64,000 bases of DNA from Ekhidna sp. (lineage in GTDB: Bacteria > Bacteroidota > Bacteroidia > Cytophagales > Cyclobacteriaceae): contig NZ_JBDVKP010000003.1 in the NCBI RefSeq assembly GCF_039960695.1, positions 6,010-70,009 of the forward strand, given 5' to 3'. Shown piece by piece: positions 21,725-31,900 of the stretch. Made by a program: the position numbers and the translations under genes. The notes beneath the pieces were generated by a model. That model saw only the letters and a list, made by a program, of their open reading frames with translations. It searched no databases and was not told the origin of the DNA. Position 1 is the first letter of the stretch. Every line of letters begins with the position of its first letter.

Positions 21725-21732
21725 CAAAGGTA
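21725..21732 (-). promoter_or_regulatory. candidate Bacteroidetes -7 promoter box for sdhCAB
   Basis: The minus strand reads TACCTTTG, which matches TAnnTTTG. It lies 25 nt upstream of the sdhC ATG. Confidence 0.4.
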
Positions 21733-21921
21733 ATTTCAGAAAGCTTGTCTGACAATCTTAATTCTTTTTTTGACTGGTTCTAAATAATAATGTTCACTCA
21801 AGTAAGTAATAAAACATTAGACATTGTTTATAAAGAATAACTAATTGCGCACAATTCTTGTTCGGTATTTGTTCGTTGTGATTTAAAAGCCTTTAGTTTT
21901 ACAATGATTTAATTGGCTACT

Positions 21922-24741
21922 ATGAGATATCTAAGGTATTTACTCTTACTAATCTTCACTTCAGTTGTGGTTATTGCAAATGCCACACACATTAGAGCAG
22001 GTGAGGTTATTGCAAAAAGAGTCTCCGGCCTGACCTATCAGTTTACTTTTATCGGCTATCGCGATGTTGATGGTGTGCCTTTTGGCAACGGTACCTTTGA
22101 TTTTGGAGATGGTACCATTTTCGGAGGAGAAAATGGTGACACCATACCGTGGGAGAATATTGAGCTTATAGCTGAAGGTGTGGAAAAATGGGAGTTCACT
22201 TTAACCTATACTTATGCTGGAGGTTCTAATTACCTGGTCAGCTATAGAGAAGATTTCAGAAACGCAAACATTCAAAACATTGCAGGTTCAGTAAGTACTT
22301 CGTTTTATGTAGAGACCCTGGTTGTTGTTGACCCACTTATCGTAAATAGTACGCCGTTTTTCACAGTACCACCAATTGATCAGGGAGTAGTTGGTGGAAT
22401 TTTTGAACATAATCCGGGTGCATTTGATCCAGATGGTGACAGCTTATCTTATTACTTCACCACACCAAAGCAAGCTGAAGGCCTAAGCGTTAATGGATAT
22501 CAGCCGCTAATTGATCCAGCATTCTATGACAATTTTAATACGGGGAATCAAGCAAAAGATGGACCGCCAACTTTGACAATCAACCCGGTTAATGGAACTC
22601 TAGTCTGGGATGCACCAGGCGGAGCGACTATTCCAGACCAAGAAAACAGAGAATTCAATGTGGCGTTTGTGGTAGAAGAATGGAGGCGGATTAATGGACA
22701 ACTTATACGCCTTGGATTTGTAACCCGCGACATGCAAATCATAATTTGGAATTTTGAAAATGACCCTCCAGAATTGGAAATACCACCTGACACGTGTGTA
22801 GTGGCCGGAGAATCGATCTCTGCAATTGTAACAGGAACTGATCCAGATGGTGACCCTATAAAATTGGAGGCTTTTGGTGGTCCCTTTGAGATTACCCCTT
22901 CAGCTACCTTCACTCCAGATCCACCAATGTTCCAGGACTCCCCGGCAACACTCGATTTTCAATGGACAACTGATTGTGGTCAGGTGCGTATCGCGCCGTA
23001 TGAAGTTCAATTCAAAGCCACAGATGACCCAACCATCCCTGGCATATCTAACCCGCCAGGTCAGGTAAATTTTGAAACATGGCGCATTACAGTTGTTGGA
23101 CCGGCGCCAACAGGTTTAACAGTTGATTCACGTCCAGGAAGACGAATGCAGCTCGATTGGGATGATTATTCATGCCCAAACGCGGATTCAATTCAGGTTT
23201 GGAGACGAGTGGGTGAATTTGATATAGACCCAACATGCAATCCTGGAATTCCGGCAAATTCCGGTTATGAATTAATAGAAACCCTGGACGTTTCTGCAAC
23301 CTCTTTTCTTGATACAAATGACAATTTAGGCCTCTCTTCTGGCTCAAAATATTGTTATAGGTTAGTGGCCAAGTTCCCTTCTCCTGCAGGAGGTGAAAGT
23401 ATTGCCTCAGAAGAAGCATGTGATAGTTTGATAATCGACGTGCCAATTATTACCAATGTAGATGTAAGAGGGACAAGTGAGACAAACGGCCAAATTGAAG
23501 TCAAGTGGACGCCACCCTATCAAATAGATGCCGGGGCATTCCCACCAACATACACATATGAGGTGCTTAGAAAACAAGGTCAGGGTTTTGGCGGAGCATT
23601 CACATCTATAAGACCTCCTTCCACAGACACAACTTTTATTGATTCAGGATTAAATACAGAAGATATTTCCTATTCTTATCGGATTGTTCTTTATGATAAT
23701 ACCAATCAACCGGTTGACACTTCTCAGCAAGCATCATCGGTAAGACTTGAGCCCACACCTCTTGTTGGTGCCATTCGACTGAATTGGGAAGCAAACGTGC
23801 CATGGTCTAATAATGTGCAAGAATTCCCATACCATTACATTTATAGGGATAATGTGATCAATGGAGATTTAAGTACACTCCAACTCATCGATTCAGTTGA
23901 TGTTACGATGCAAGGACTATCCTATTTGGATGACGGGGCATTTAATGGCATAGATCTGGATGAAGAAATCGAGTACTGTTACTTCGTTACTACAAATGGA
24001 TCTTATGACAATGATTTATTACCCTCACCATTAATAAACAATTCACAAATTACGTGCGCACAACCGAATGATACAATTCCGCCCTGCGCACCAGTATCAA
24101 TCATATTCAATAGCAGTTTAGATTGTGAAACTCAGGCTGCATGTCAAACAAGGGGGGGTGTTTCGAGTGTTGGGTTAGTCAATGCATTTTCCTGGGAATT
24201 TGATGGAGATCCTTCATGTGATGACGATATACAGTTCTTTAGAGTTTATGCATCAAGCAATGGGGAAGACGGCGATTTTGTTTTATTAACCGAAACAACA
24301 GATACCGAATTTTTCCATAATAATTTAAATACCCTGGCCTATTGTTATTACCTCACAGCAATAGATCGATCCGGTAATGAGAGCCAAATTTCAGAGATAA
24401 TCTGCAATGATAATTGCCCCCAATATGTTCTTCCGAACGTTTTTACTCCAAATGGTGATAATAAGAATGAGACGTTCAGTCCAATGCAAACTCCTGGAAC
24501 TTGTCCGCGTTTTGTAGAACAAGTTGTTTTTAAGGTTTTTAATAGAGCGGGCACCGAGATATATAGTCACGATTCCTCTGAGCCAGAAAAAACCATATTT
24601 ATTGAATGGGATGGTACATTGAAGGGAGGAAAGGAATTACCAGCAGGAGTTTATTTTTACTCAGCAGAAGTGAAATTCGTGACGCTGAACCCTGAAGAGG
24701 CAATCAAAGTTATAAATGGGTGGGTTCAGATCATACGATAA
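21922..24741 (+). CDS. large secreted surface protein with a T9SS type-B (gliding-motility-associated) C-terminal sorting domain
   Basis: It has the signal peptide MRYLRYLLLLIFTSVVVIANA and repeated PDGD-containing Ig-like segments. The C-terminus reads CPQYVLPNVFTPNGDNKNETF...WDGT..GKELPAGVYFY. I prefer the ATG at 21922 to the TTG at 21913. Confidence 0.8.
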   Translation: MRYLRYLLLLIFTSVVVIANATHIRAGEVIAKRVSGLTYQFTFIGYRDVDGVPFGNGTFDFGDGTIFGGENGDTIPWENIELIAEGVEKWEFTLTYTYAGGSNYLVSYREDFRNANIQNIAGSVSTSFYVETLVVVDPLIVNSTPFFTVPPIDQGVVGGIFEHNPGAFDPDGDSLSYYFTTPKQAEGLSVNGYQPLIDPAFYDNFNTGNQAKDGPPTLTINPVNGTLVWDAPGGATIPDQENREFNVAFVVEEWRRINGQLIRLGFVTRDMQIIIWNFENDPPELEIPPDTCVVAGESISAIVTGTDPDGDPIKLEAFGGPFEITPSATFTPDPPMFQDSPATLDFQWTTDCGQVRIAPYEVQFKATDDPTIPGISNPPGQVNFETWRITVVGPAPTGLTVDSRPGRRMQLDWDDYSCPNADSIQVWRRVGEFDIDPTCNPGIPANSGYELIETLDVSATSFLDTNDNLGLSSGSKYCYRLVAKFPSPAGGESIASEEACDSLIIDVPIITNVDVRGTSETNGQIEVKWTPPYQIDAGAFPPTYTYEVLRKQGQGFGGAFTSIRPPSTDTTFIDSGLNTEDISYSYRIVLYDNTNQPVDTSQQASSVRLEPTPLVGAIRLNWEANVPWSNNVQEFPYHYIYRDNVINGDLSTLQLIDSVDVTMQGLSYLDDGAFNGIDLDEEIEYCYFVTTNGSYDNDLLPSPLINNSQITCAQPNDTIPPCAPVSIIFNSSLDCETQAACQTRGGVSSVGLVNAFSWEFDGDPSCDDDIQFFRVYASSNGEDGDFVLLTETTDTEFFHNNLNTLAYCYYLTAIDRSGNESQISEIICNDNCPQYVLPNVFTPNGDNKNETFSPMQTPGTCPRFVEQVVFKVFNRAGTEIYSHDSSEPEKTIFIEWDGTLKGGKELPAGVYFYSAEVKFVTLNPEEAIKVINGWVQIIR

Positions 24742-25136
24742 AACAGCCGGTCATACTGTTTGATGGTGTTTGCAATCTTTGTAATTCCTCTATCCAGTTC
24801 ATAATCAAGAGAGATAAAAAAAATAGGTTTTTATTCGCTTCTCTGCAGTCAGCGTATGCAAAGAAATACTTGACAGCTGATCTTATTAAGGAAGATCAAT
24901 TACAAAGCCTGGTGCTAATAGAAGGTGGCAGCATAAAAATCAAAAGTAGTGCTGCCCTTACCATCTCGAAAAGCTTATCAGGCCTATGGCCTTTGCTATA
25001 TGTATATATTATAATACCGAGATTCATCCGCGATTGGTTTTATGATTTAATCGCCAAAAACAGATATAAATGGTTTGGGAAGAGAGATCATTGCATGATT
25101 CCAACATCAGAATTGAAAAGTAGATTTATCGATTGA
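24720..25136 (+). CDS. thiol-disulfide oxidoreductase, DCC family (DUF393)
   Basis: It carries the FDGVCNLCN motif. It uses a GTG start and overlaps the upstream gene by 22 nt. Confidence 0.75.
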   Translation: MGSDHTIKQPVILFDGVCNLCNSSIQFIIKRDKKNRFLFASLQSAYAKKYLTADLIKEDQLQSLVLIEGGSIKIKSSAALTISKSLSGLWPLLYVYIIIPRFIRDWFYDLIAKNRYKWFGKRDHCMIPTSELKSRFID

Positions 25137-25146
25137 TTTGATTGCC

Positions 25147-25154
25147 TACTTTTG
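25147..25154 (+). promoter_or_regulatory. candidate -7 promoter box upstream of fabD
   Basis: TACTTTTG matches TAnnTTTG. The box ends 20 nt upstream of the fabD ATG. Confidence 0.4.
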
Positions 25155-25174
25155 CATAGAACAATAATTAACTT

Positions 25175-26053
25175 ATGAGCAAAGCGTACGTTTTCCCCGG
25201 ACAAGGGGCCCAGTTTTCAGGAATGGGGAAGGAACTTTATGATAACCATTCTGCAGCAAAAGAAATGATGGATAAGTCCAATGATATACTTGGATTTGAC
25301 ATTCAAAAAATTATGTTCTCTGGATCAGATGAAGAGCTGAAACAAACGAAGGTAACGCAACCAGCAGTATTCATTCACAGCGTGGTAGCGGCACTTACTT
25401 CAGATGATTTTAATCCAGATATGGTGGCTGGTCATTCGTTGGGAGAGTTTTCTGCGTTAGTAGCAAATGGAGTGCTCAGCTTTGAGGATGGTTTATCACT
25501 TGTGTCAAAACGAGCAAAGGCGATGCAAAAAGCATGTGAAATACAAGAATCTACTATGGCTGCAGTGCTTGGTTTAGCAGATGAGATTGTAGAGAAAGTT
25601 TGCTTAGAAACAGAAGGTGTTGTGGTAGCGGCAAATTACAATTGTCCAGGCCAACTGGTAATAAGTGGAGAAGTAGCCGCTGTGAATTCAGCGTGTGAAA
25701 AATTAAAAGCAGAAGGAGCTAAAAGAGCTTTGGTACTTCCTGTTGGTGGTGCATTCCACTCTCCTTTGATGGAACCTGCACGAGAAGAATTGGCAGAAGC
25801 CATTCAAAACACAAATTTCAGTCTACCAAAATGTCCGGTTTATCAAAATGTGGATGCGAAAGGTTATACAGATGTGGATAGCATTAAGAAAAACCTTGTT
25901 TTGCAATTAACCTCTCCGGTAAGGTGGACGCAATGCGTTCAAAATATGATTAGTGATGGTGCCACCAGTTTTACTGAATGTGGACCAGGTAAGGTGTTAC
26001 AAGGCCTTGTAATGAAGGTGGATAGAGAAATGACTGTTGCTGGTATTTCATGA
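25175..26053 (+). CDS. fabD: ACP S-malonyltransferase
   Basis: Motifs GQGAQFSGMG and AGHSLGEFSAL (active-site Ser) are present. Confidence 0.95.
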   Translation: MSKAYVFPGQGAQFSGMGKELYDNHSAAKEMMDKSNDILGFDIQKIMFSGSDEELKQTKVTQPAVFIHSVVAALTSDDFNPDMVAGHSLGEFSALVANGVLSFEDGLSLVSKRAKAMQKACEIQESTMAAVLGLADEIVEKVCLETEGVVVAANYNCPGQLVISGEVAAVNSACEKLKAEGAKRALVLPVGGAFHSPLMEPAREELAEAIQNTNFSLPKCPVYQNVDAKGYTDVDSIKKNLVLQLTSPVRWTQCVQNMISDGATSFTECGPGKVLQGLVMKVDREMTVAGIS

Positions 26054-26202
26054 GATTTACTAAAATCATATTGATTCTATTTTTAGGAACAATACTTATT
26101 GGCTCCGAAGGATGTCGCAAAAGACCCTCATCGTCACATCAAAAGAATAAAAAGAAAATAAAAAGAGGTAAGCCAATTCCTTGCCCAATCAAAGATTGTT
26201 AA
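26050..26202 (+). CDS. unlisted 50-aa ORF encoding a signal/lipoprotein-like peptide with a highly basic, Cys-containing tail
   Basis: I translated it by hand as MRFTKIILILFLGTILIGSEGCRKRPSSSHQKNKKKIKRGKPIPCPIKDC. An ATGA overlap links it to the fabD stop, and its TAA directly abuts the cmk ATG. It falls below the 60-aa cutoff of the ORF track. Confidence 0.5.
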   Translation: MRFTKIILILFLGTILIGSEGCRKRPSSSHQKNKKKIKRGKPIPCPIKDC

Positions 26203-26865
26203 ATGAAGATAGTAATTGCCATAGATGGCTATTCAGGTACGGGGAAAAGTTCTACTGCAAAACAAGTGGCCAAGCGGCTGGGTTATACCTACATAGATAG
26301 TGGAGCCATGTATCGAGCAGTTACTTATTTTTTTCTCGTTTCTAATGTTGATTTTAAAAACGAACGTATTGTTGAAGAAAACTTAAAAAGTTGCACGATT
26401 ACATTTGATGGCGTTTCCGTTTTATTGAATGGTGAAAATGTTGATCATGAGATACGAACAATGGAAGTCAATCAGCATGTGAGTGAGGTGAGCGCACTTC
26501 CAAAAGTCCGATCGAAATTGGTTGAACAGCAGCGAAAGATGGGAGAGGAGAAAGGTGTAGTAATGGACGGAAGGGATATCGGCACGATTGTGTTTCCTGA
26601 TGCAGAACTTAAGGTTTTTATGACAGCAGATATGGATATTCGTGCGGAGAGAAGGAGGATGGAGTTATCAAAAAAGGGCATTGATGAGTCCGCAGAAGTA
26701 ATCAAAGCCAATTTAAAACAGCGCGACAGCATTGATAGTACCAGAGCAGATAGCCCGCTCAAAAAAGCAGTCGATGCAAAAGAGATTGATACTTCTCATC
26801 TAACTTTGGATCAACAAATTGATAAAATTGTTATAATGGCTGAATCAATAATTTATGCGAGTTGA
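26203..26865 (+). CDS. cmk: cytidylate kinase
   Basis: It has the P-loop IDGYSGTGKSS and the motif DGRDIGTIVFPDA. Confidence 0.93.
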   Translation: MKIVIAIDGYSGTGKSSTAKQVAKRLGYTYIDSGAMYRAVTYFFLVSNVDFKNERIVEENLKSCTITFDGVSVLLNGENVDHEIRTMEVNQHVSEVSALPKVRSKLVEQQRKMGEEKGVVMDGRDIGTIVFPDAELKVFMTADMDIRAERRRMELSKKGIDESAEVIKANLKQRDSIDSTRADSPLKKAVDAKEIDTSHLTLDQQIDKIVIMAESIIYAS

Positions 26866-27745
26866 AATAGATGAGAATTCCGGATATTGCTTTGGAGTTG
26901 AATTCGCCATTCAGATGGCTGAAGATGAGATGTCTGAAGGGCAACAGCTTTATTGTCTCGGCGATATTGTCCACAATTCCATGGAAGTGGAACGACTGTA
27001 CAATAAAGGTCTGCGTACAATTACCAGAGAAGAGCTTAAGAATTTAACAGATTGTAAGGTGCTGATTCGAGCGCATGGAGAACCACCCGAAACCTATCAA
27101 ATTGCGATCAAAAACAACATTGAGCTGGTGGATGCTTCATGTCCGGTTGTGCTGAAACTTCAAAATAGAGTGAAGAATGCTTACGACTTGGTGAAAAGTA
27201 AAAATGGCCAACTAGTGATCTATGGAAAGCCTGGCCATGCTGAAGTTATAGGACTCACTGGACAAACGTCGAATGAAGCGATCATAATAACAGGAACTGA
27301 TGATTTGAAAAAAATTGATTTTTCAAGGCCAATCACACTTTATTCGCAGACCACAAAAAGCACAAAAGGATTTTACTCCATTAAAGAAGAGATAGAAAAG
27401 CGAATTGAAAAAGAAGGTCTCCTTTCAGTTGCCGATGATTTCAATCCAAATGATAGTATTTGTCGCCAGGTATCTAATAGAGAACCTCACATGGAGAAGT
27501 TTTCGCAAAAGCACAATGTAATTGTTTTCGTGGCAGGTCGGAAAAGTTCCAATGGGAAAGCCTTATATAATGTTTGCCTTTCTCACAATCCTCGTAGTTA
27601 TTTTGTGGAAAACGAAAAAGAGATTGATTTAACCTGGATCAAACCAGAAGATTCAATAGGTATTTGTGGAGCGACCTCTACTCCAACCTGGCTGATGGAA
27701 CAGGTTGCTGACTTTCTAAAAAATAATGAACCAGCCTTGGTCTAG
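26855..27745 (+). CDS. ispH: 4-hydroxy-3-methylbut-2-enyl diphosphate reductase
   Basis: Cluster cysteines appear in GYCFGVEFAI and ASCPVV contexts, and the motif VHNSMEV is present. Confidence 0.9.
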   Translation: MRVEIDENSGYCFGVEFAIQMAEDEMSEGQQLYCLGDIVHNSMEVERLYNKGLRTITREELKNLTDCKVLIRAHGEPPETYQIAIKNNIELVDASCPVVLKLQNRVKNAYDLVKSKNGQLVIYGKPGHAEVIGLTGQTSNEAIIITGTDDLKKIDFSRPITLYSQTTKSTKGFYSIKEEIEKRIEKEGLLSVADDFNPNDSICRQVSNREPHMEKFSQKHNVIVFVAGRKSSNGKALYNVCLSHNPRSYFVENEKEIDLTWIKPEDSIGICGATSTPTWLMEQVADFLKNNEPALV

Positions 27746-27832
27746 CAATCAATCCAAATCAGTTTCTATTTCATGAGCCGACGAATCAGCTATTTTATTG
27801 GAATTTTGGCGGGGGTTAAATCTGATATTGAT

Positions 27833-27840
27833 TAAGTTTG
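27833..27840 (+). promoter_or_regulatory. candidate -7 promoter box for the nqr operon
   Basis: TAAGTTTG matches TAnnTTTG. The box ends 34 nt upstream of the nqrA ATG. Confidence 0.4.
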
Positions 27841-27874
27841 CCTCGTTTTTTAGACGATCTCCCAAGTAAGAAAT

Positions 27875-29233
27875 ATGTCTCAGACAATTAAGCTGAAAAA
27901 AGGTTTTGACATAAACCTTGCCGGAAAGGCAGAAAACAAAACAATTGAAGTTACTCAGCCGGATACATTCGCGCTAAAACCAACGGATTTTAGTGGATTG
28001 AGCCGACCAAAGCTTGTCGTTAAGGAAGGTGATAATGTAAAAGCCGGATCACCAGTTTTCTTCGAGCGAAATGTAGAAGATATTCTCTACACCTCGCCTG
28101 TAAGCGGTGAGATTGTTGAAATCAAGCGAGCTGAGAAAAGAAAAGTACTCGAAGTAAAAATTTTAGCGGACAAGCAGGTTGAATTTGAAAAATTCAAAGC
28201 GTACGCAGCATCCGAAATAAGTAACCTTTCCAAAGAAGATGCGCTTGAGCAGCTAAAGAAGTCCGGCGGATGGACAAACATCATCCAAAGACCGTATGGA
28301 TGCGTAGCAAATCCTGAAGATAGCCCCAAGTCCATTTTTATATCCACATTTGACAGCAGCCCGCTAGCACCAGATTATTCATACGTGCTACAAGGTCAAG
28401 AACAGTACTTTCAAGCTGGTATTGAGGTATTGAATAAATTTACTGCTGGTACAGTCCATCTTAATGTCGATGGCAAAGCAGAGGTTTCTCAGCTATTCTC
28501 CAACACAAAAAATGTACAGCTAAATAATATCAATGGCCCTCATCCAGCCGGTAATGTGGGCGTTCAAATTCATCATATTGATCCAATAGCGAAAGGTGAT
28601 ATAGTATGGACTGTAAATCCAGTAGGTGTTGCCATTATAGGGAAGCTATTCATTGAAGGAATTTATGATACATCCAGGTTGGTGGCATTAACTGGTTCTC
28701 AACTTAAAGAGCGAGGATACGCCAAGATGTATTCAGGAGCATGCCTAAACAAACTTGTTGTCGAAGGTGATGATAATCGATTCATCTCAGGAAATGTGCT
28801 TTCAGGTGAAGGAGTAGGATCAGAAGGCTATCTAGGAAATTATCACAATCAAGTTACCGTGATCCCGGAAGGGAAGTACGAAGAGTTTTTGGGATGGATT
28901 ATGCCATCAACAAAAAAGTTAAGCTTTCACAAGGCATTTGGTATGCTGACATTCCTTAATGGGAAAGACAAAGAGTTTCAAGTTGATACCAATACGCACG
29001 GAGAGGAAAGGAATTTTGTAATATCAGGAGCATTCGAGGAAGTGATGCCAATGGATATTTTGCCTACTTACCTTTTCAAGGCGATTATGGCAGAAGATTA
29101 TGATGACATGGAAGCGTTGGGTATATATGAAGTGATTGAAGAGGATGTTGCGCTATGTGAATTTATAGATATATCTAAAAATCCACTTCAGGAAATACTT
29201 AGAGAAGGAATTGAATTAATTAAAGAAGGATAA
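27875..29233 (+). CDS. nqrA: Na+-translocating NADH:quinone oxidoreductase subunit A
   Basis: It has the NqrA-like N-terminus MSQTIKLKKGFDINLAGKA, is 452 aa, and is followed by nqrB-E. Confidence 0.9.
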   Translation: MSQTIKLKKGFDINLAGKAENKTIEVTQPDTFALKPTDFSGLSRPKLVVKEGDNVKAGSPVFFERNVEDILYTSPVSGEIVEIKRAEKRKVLEVKILADKQVEFEKFKAYAASEISNLSKEDALEQLKKSGGWTNIIQRPYGCVANPEDSPKSIFISTFDSSPLAPDYSYVLQGQEQYFQAGIEVLNKFTAGTVHLNVDGKAEVSQLFSNTKNVQLNNINGPHPAGNVGVQIHHIDPIAKGDIVWTVNPVGVAIIGKLFIEGIYDTSRLVALTGSQLKERGYAKMYSGACLNKLVVEGDDNRFISGNVLSGEGVGSEGYLGNYHNQVTVIPEGKYEEFLGWIMPSTKKLSFHKAFGMLTFLNGKDKEFQVDTNTHGEERNFVISGAFEEVMPMDILPTYLFKAIMAEDYDDMEALGIYEVIEEDVALCEFIDISKNPLQEILREGIELIKEG

Positions 29234-29239
29234 GCAGGA

Positions 29240-30430
29240 ATGAAATTTTTGCAGAACAAATTCGATCAGATAAAACCCCTTTTTGAAAAAGGAGGCAAAT
29301 TCGAGAAGTTCCATACCATCTATGAGGGTCATCGAACAATCTTTTTTGCTCCGGATATAATTACCGGGAAAAAAGGGACACAAATTAAGGATGCTACAGA
29401 CTTGAAGCGATTGATGTTTACAGTCATCATTGCTATGATTCCATGCCTCATCTTCGGTATGTGGAATGTGGGACATCAGCACTTTATCGCTACAGGAGTA
29501 GAGGCATCCATTCTGGATAAATTCTGGATAGGAATTTTGAAAGTAGTGCCAATCATGGTTGTTTCTTATGGCGTTGGACTTTTAACTGAATTCATATTCT
29601 GCGTGATTTACAATCGCCCGATTGAGGAAGGATTCCTCGTTAGTGGAATGCTGATCCCATTAATCATGCCTGCTACGATTCCACTTTGGCAAGTTGCTAT
29701 GGCAACTGTTTTTGCTGTAGTTATTGGCAAAGAAGTATTTGGTGGTACAGGAATGAATATTCTGAATGTAGCACTAACGGCAAGGGTCTTCCTATACTTC
29801 GCGTATCCTTCACAGATATCAGGTGATGTCTGGACTTATCTTGGGGATAAAACTCCTGTTGATGCATTTTCTGGCGCAACTATTCTTGCCTACGGAGCAG
29901 AAGCTGCAGCCAATGGAACAAACATGATGCAGCTTGCATCCAATCATTGGTATGCAGGTATGTTTGATTTTTGGAACATGTTTATAGGTATCATACCGGG
30001 AAGTATAGGTGAAACTTCGGTACTTATGTGTTTGATAGGAGCGTTCATTCTAATCGTAACCGGTGTGGGTAGCTGGAAAATAATGCTTAGTGTAATTCTT
30101 GGAACACTGGCCATGGGAGGTTTATTTAACCTCACTGGAGGTAATAGTTTCATGGAGATGCCAGCACATTATCACTTAGTGATAGGTGGTCTTGCATTTG
30201 GTGCCGTGTTTATGGCTACTGATCCAGTGAGCGCATCTCACACAGAACTTGGGAAATGGATTTATGGATTCTTGATTGGTGTTATAACCGTATTGATTCG
30301 AGTAGTAAATCCAGCATATCCAGAAGGAATTATGTTGGCGATCTTGTTCATGAATGTGTTCGCCCCACTTATTGATTTTTATGTTGTTGAAGCAAACAAA
30401 AAACGAAGATTAAAACGTGCGACAGTCTAA
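29240..30430 (+). CDS. nqrB: Na+-NQR subunit B
   Basis: It is polytopic, has an FMN-attachment SGAT context (DAFSGATILA), and is in operon position. Confidence 0.9.
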   Translation: MKFLQNKFDQIKPLFEKGGKFEKFHTIYEGHRTIFFAPDIITGKKGTQIKDATDLKRLMFTVIIAMIPCLIFGMWNVGHQHFIATGVEASILDKFWIGILKVVPIMVVSYGVGLLTEFIFCVIYNRPIEEGFLVSGMLIPLIMPATIPLWQVAMATVFAVVIGKEVFGGTGMNILNVALTARVFLYFAYPSQISGDVWTYLGDKTPVDAFSGATILAYGAEAAANGTNMMQLASNHWYAGMFDFWNMFIGIIPGSIGETSVLMCLIGAFILIVTGVGSWKIMLSVILGTLAMGGLFNLTGGNSFMEMPAHYHLVIGGLAFGAVFMATDPVSASHTELGKWIYGFLIGVITVLIRVVNPAYPEGIMLAILFMNVFAPLIDFYVVEANKKRRLKRATV

Positions 30431-31157
30431 TTTATATGTAATTCTATTTGCCGTTGGATTGACAGTGGTATTTGGAGGTGCACTTTCCCTTACCTCAGTA
30501 GGGCTGAAGCCATTGCAAGACAAGCAGGTGGAATTGGATACTAAGAAGAAAATCCTGGGAGCAGTGATGGATATTTCCACCATTGAAGATCCCAATGAAA
30601 TACTTAGAATCTACAGTGAAAGAGTGAAATCAATGGTTGTCGATATCAATGGAAATGAAGTCACAACTGATGATAAAGGAAATCCGATTGTTGCCGAGAA
30701 AGTAAACATCCAGAAAAACTCAAAACTTGATCCACAAGAAAGACAGTATCCGGTATTCATGTTTTTAAATGAATCGGGTAAGATTGAGTCTTACATTTTT
30801 CCAACGTTTGGTTCTGGCCTTTGGGATTGGATATCAAGTTATGTGGCTTTTGGCCCAGATCTAAATACTGTAAAAGGTATTGCTTTTGACCATAAAAGTG
30901 AGACACCAGGTCTTGGTGCGAGAATTACAGAAGAAACAGTTCAGAATAGATATGTAGGTAAAGAAATCTACAATGATCAGGGAGAACTAGTAAGTATCAC
31001 AATGGTGAAGGGTGAAGGAAACGCTGGATTAAATGAGCATCAGGTGGATGGTATGTCAGGAGCAACTATGACTGCTAAGGGCGTGAATGCTATGCTCGAA
31101 AAATATTTGGAATGCTACTCAGCATTCATTGATAAAATTAAATCTCAAAACAGCTAA
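30417..31157 (+). CDS. nqrC: Na+-NQR subunit C
   Basis: It has a single TM and the FMN-attachment motif DGMSGATMTAKG. It uses a GTG start overlapping nqrB by 14 nt. Confidence 0.88.
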   Translation: MRQSNLYVILFAVGLTVVFGGALSLTSVGLKPLQDKQVELDTKKKILGAVMDISTIEDPNEILRIYSERVKSMVVDINGNEVTTDDKGNPIVAEKVNIQKNSKLDPQERQYPVFMFLNESGKIESYIFPTFGSGLWDWISSYVAFGPDLNTVKGIAFDHKSETPGLGARITEETVQNRYVGKEIYNDQGELVSITMVKGEGNAGLNEHQVDGMSGATMTAKGVNAMLEKYLECYSAFIDKIKSQNS

Positions 31158-31160
31158 AAT

Positions 31161-31874
31161 ATGAGTACTGAAATCGCAGAAGTGTCAGAAGAGTCAGCTG
31201 TAGCATTAAATACAAAAGAGCCGTCGGAGCCATTATTATCCAAAAGGAGAAGACGAATTGTTTCTGATCCTCTAAATGAGGATAATCCAATTACAGTTCA
31301 GGTTTTGGGTATCTGTTCAGCCTTGGCTGTAACCGTACAGTTCAAGCCAACCATGATCATGTCTATTGCGGTAATCTTCGTAATTGTATTCTCAAATCTG
31401 ATCACATCAGTCATGAGAAAGATCATCCCTAACAGAATCAGAATTATTGTACAGCTTGCCATCATCGCAACGCTCGTTACACTGGTTAGCGAAGTGTTGA
31501 AGGCATATAGCTATGATATGTACAAAATCTTGGGAGCTTACGTTGGTCTAATCATCACCAACTGTATCGTCATGGGACGTCTGGAAGCTTTTGCTATGGC
31601 GAACAAGCCTTACGATTCAATTTTGGATGGATTTGGTAGTGGATTTGGCTATGCATGGATCATTCTTGTAGTTGCATTCTTCAGAGAACTACTTGGTGGT
31701 GGTACAGTATTCGTGGGTACACCACTCGAATTTGATGTTTATGGTTCGTTAGGAAGCCTTTTCGGTACAACACTACAAACAAATGGATTGATGGTAGACT
31801 CCATTGGAGCCTTCATCCTTCTGGGTATGATTATTTGGATTCAAAGAAGTAAAAACGGTTACGTAGAGCACTAA
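31161..31874 (+). CDS. nqrD: Na+-NQR subunit D
   Basis: It is an RnfE/NqrD-type 6-TM protein in operon position. Confidence 0.88.
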   Translation: MSTEIAEVSEESAVALNTKEPSEPLLSKRRRRIVSDPLNEDNPITVQVLGICSALAVTVQFKPTMIMSIAVIFVIVFSNLITSVMRKIIPNRIRIIVQLAIIATLVTLVSEVLKAYSYDMYKILGAYVGLIITNCIVMGRLEAFAMANKPYDSILDGFGSGFGYAWIILVVAFFRELLGGGTVFVGTPLEFDVYGSLGSLFGTTLQTNGLMVDSIGAFILLGMIIWIQRSKNGYVEH

Positions 31875-31900
31875 CCAGTCACTTAAGAAAAGATAGAATT

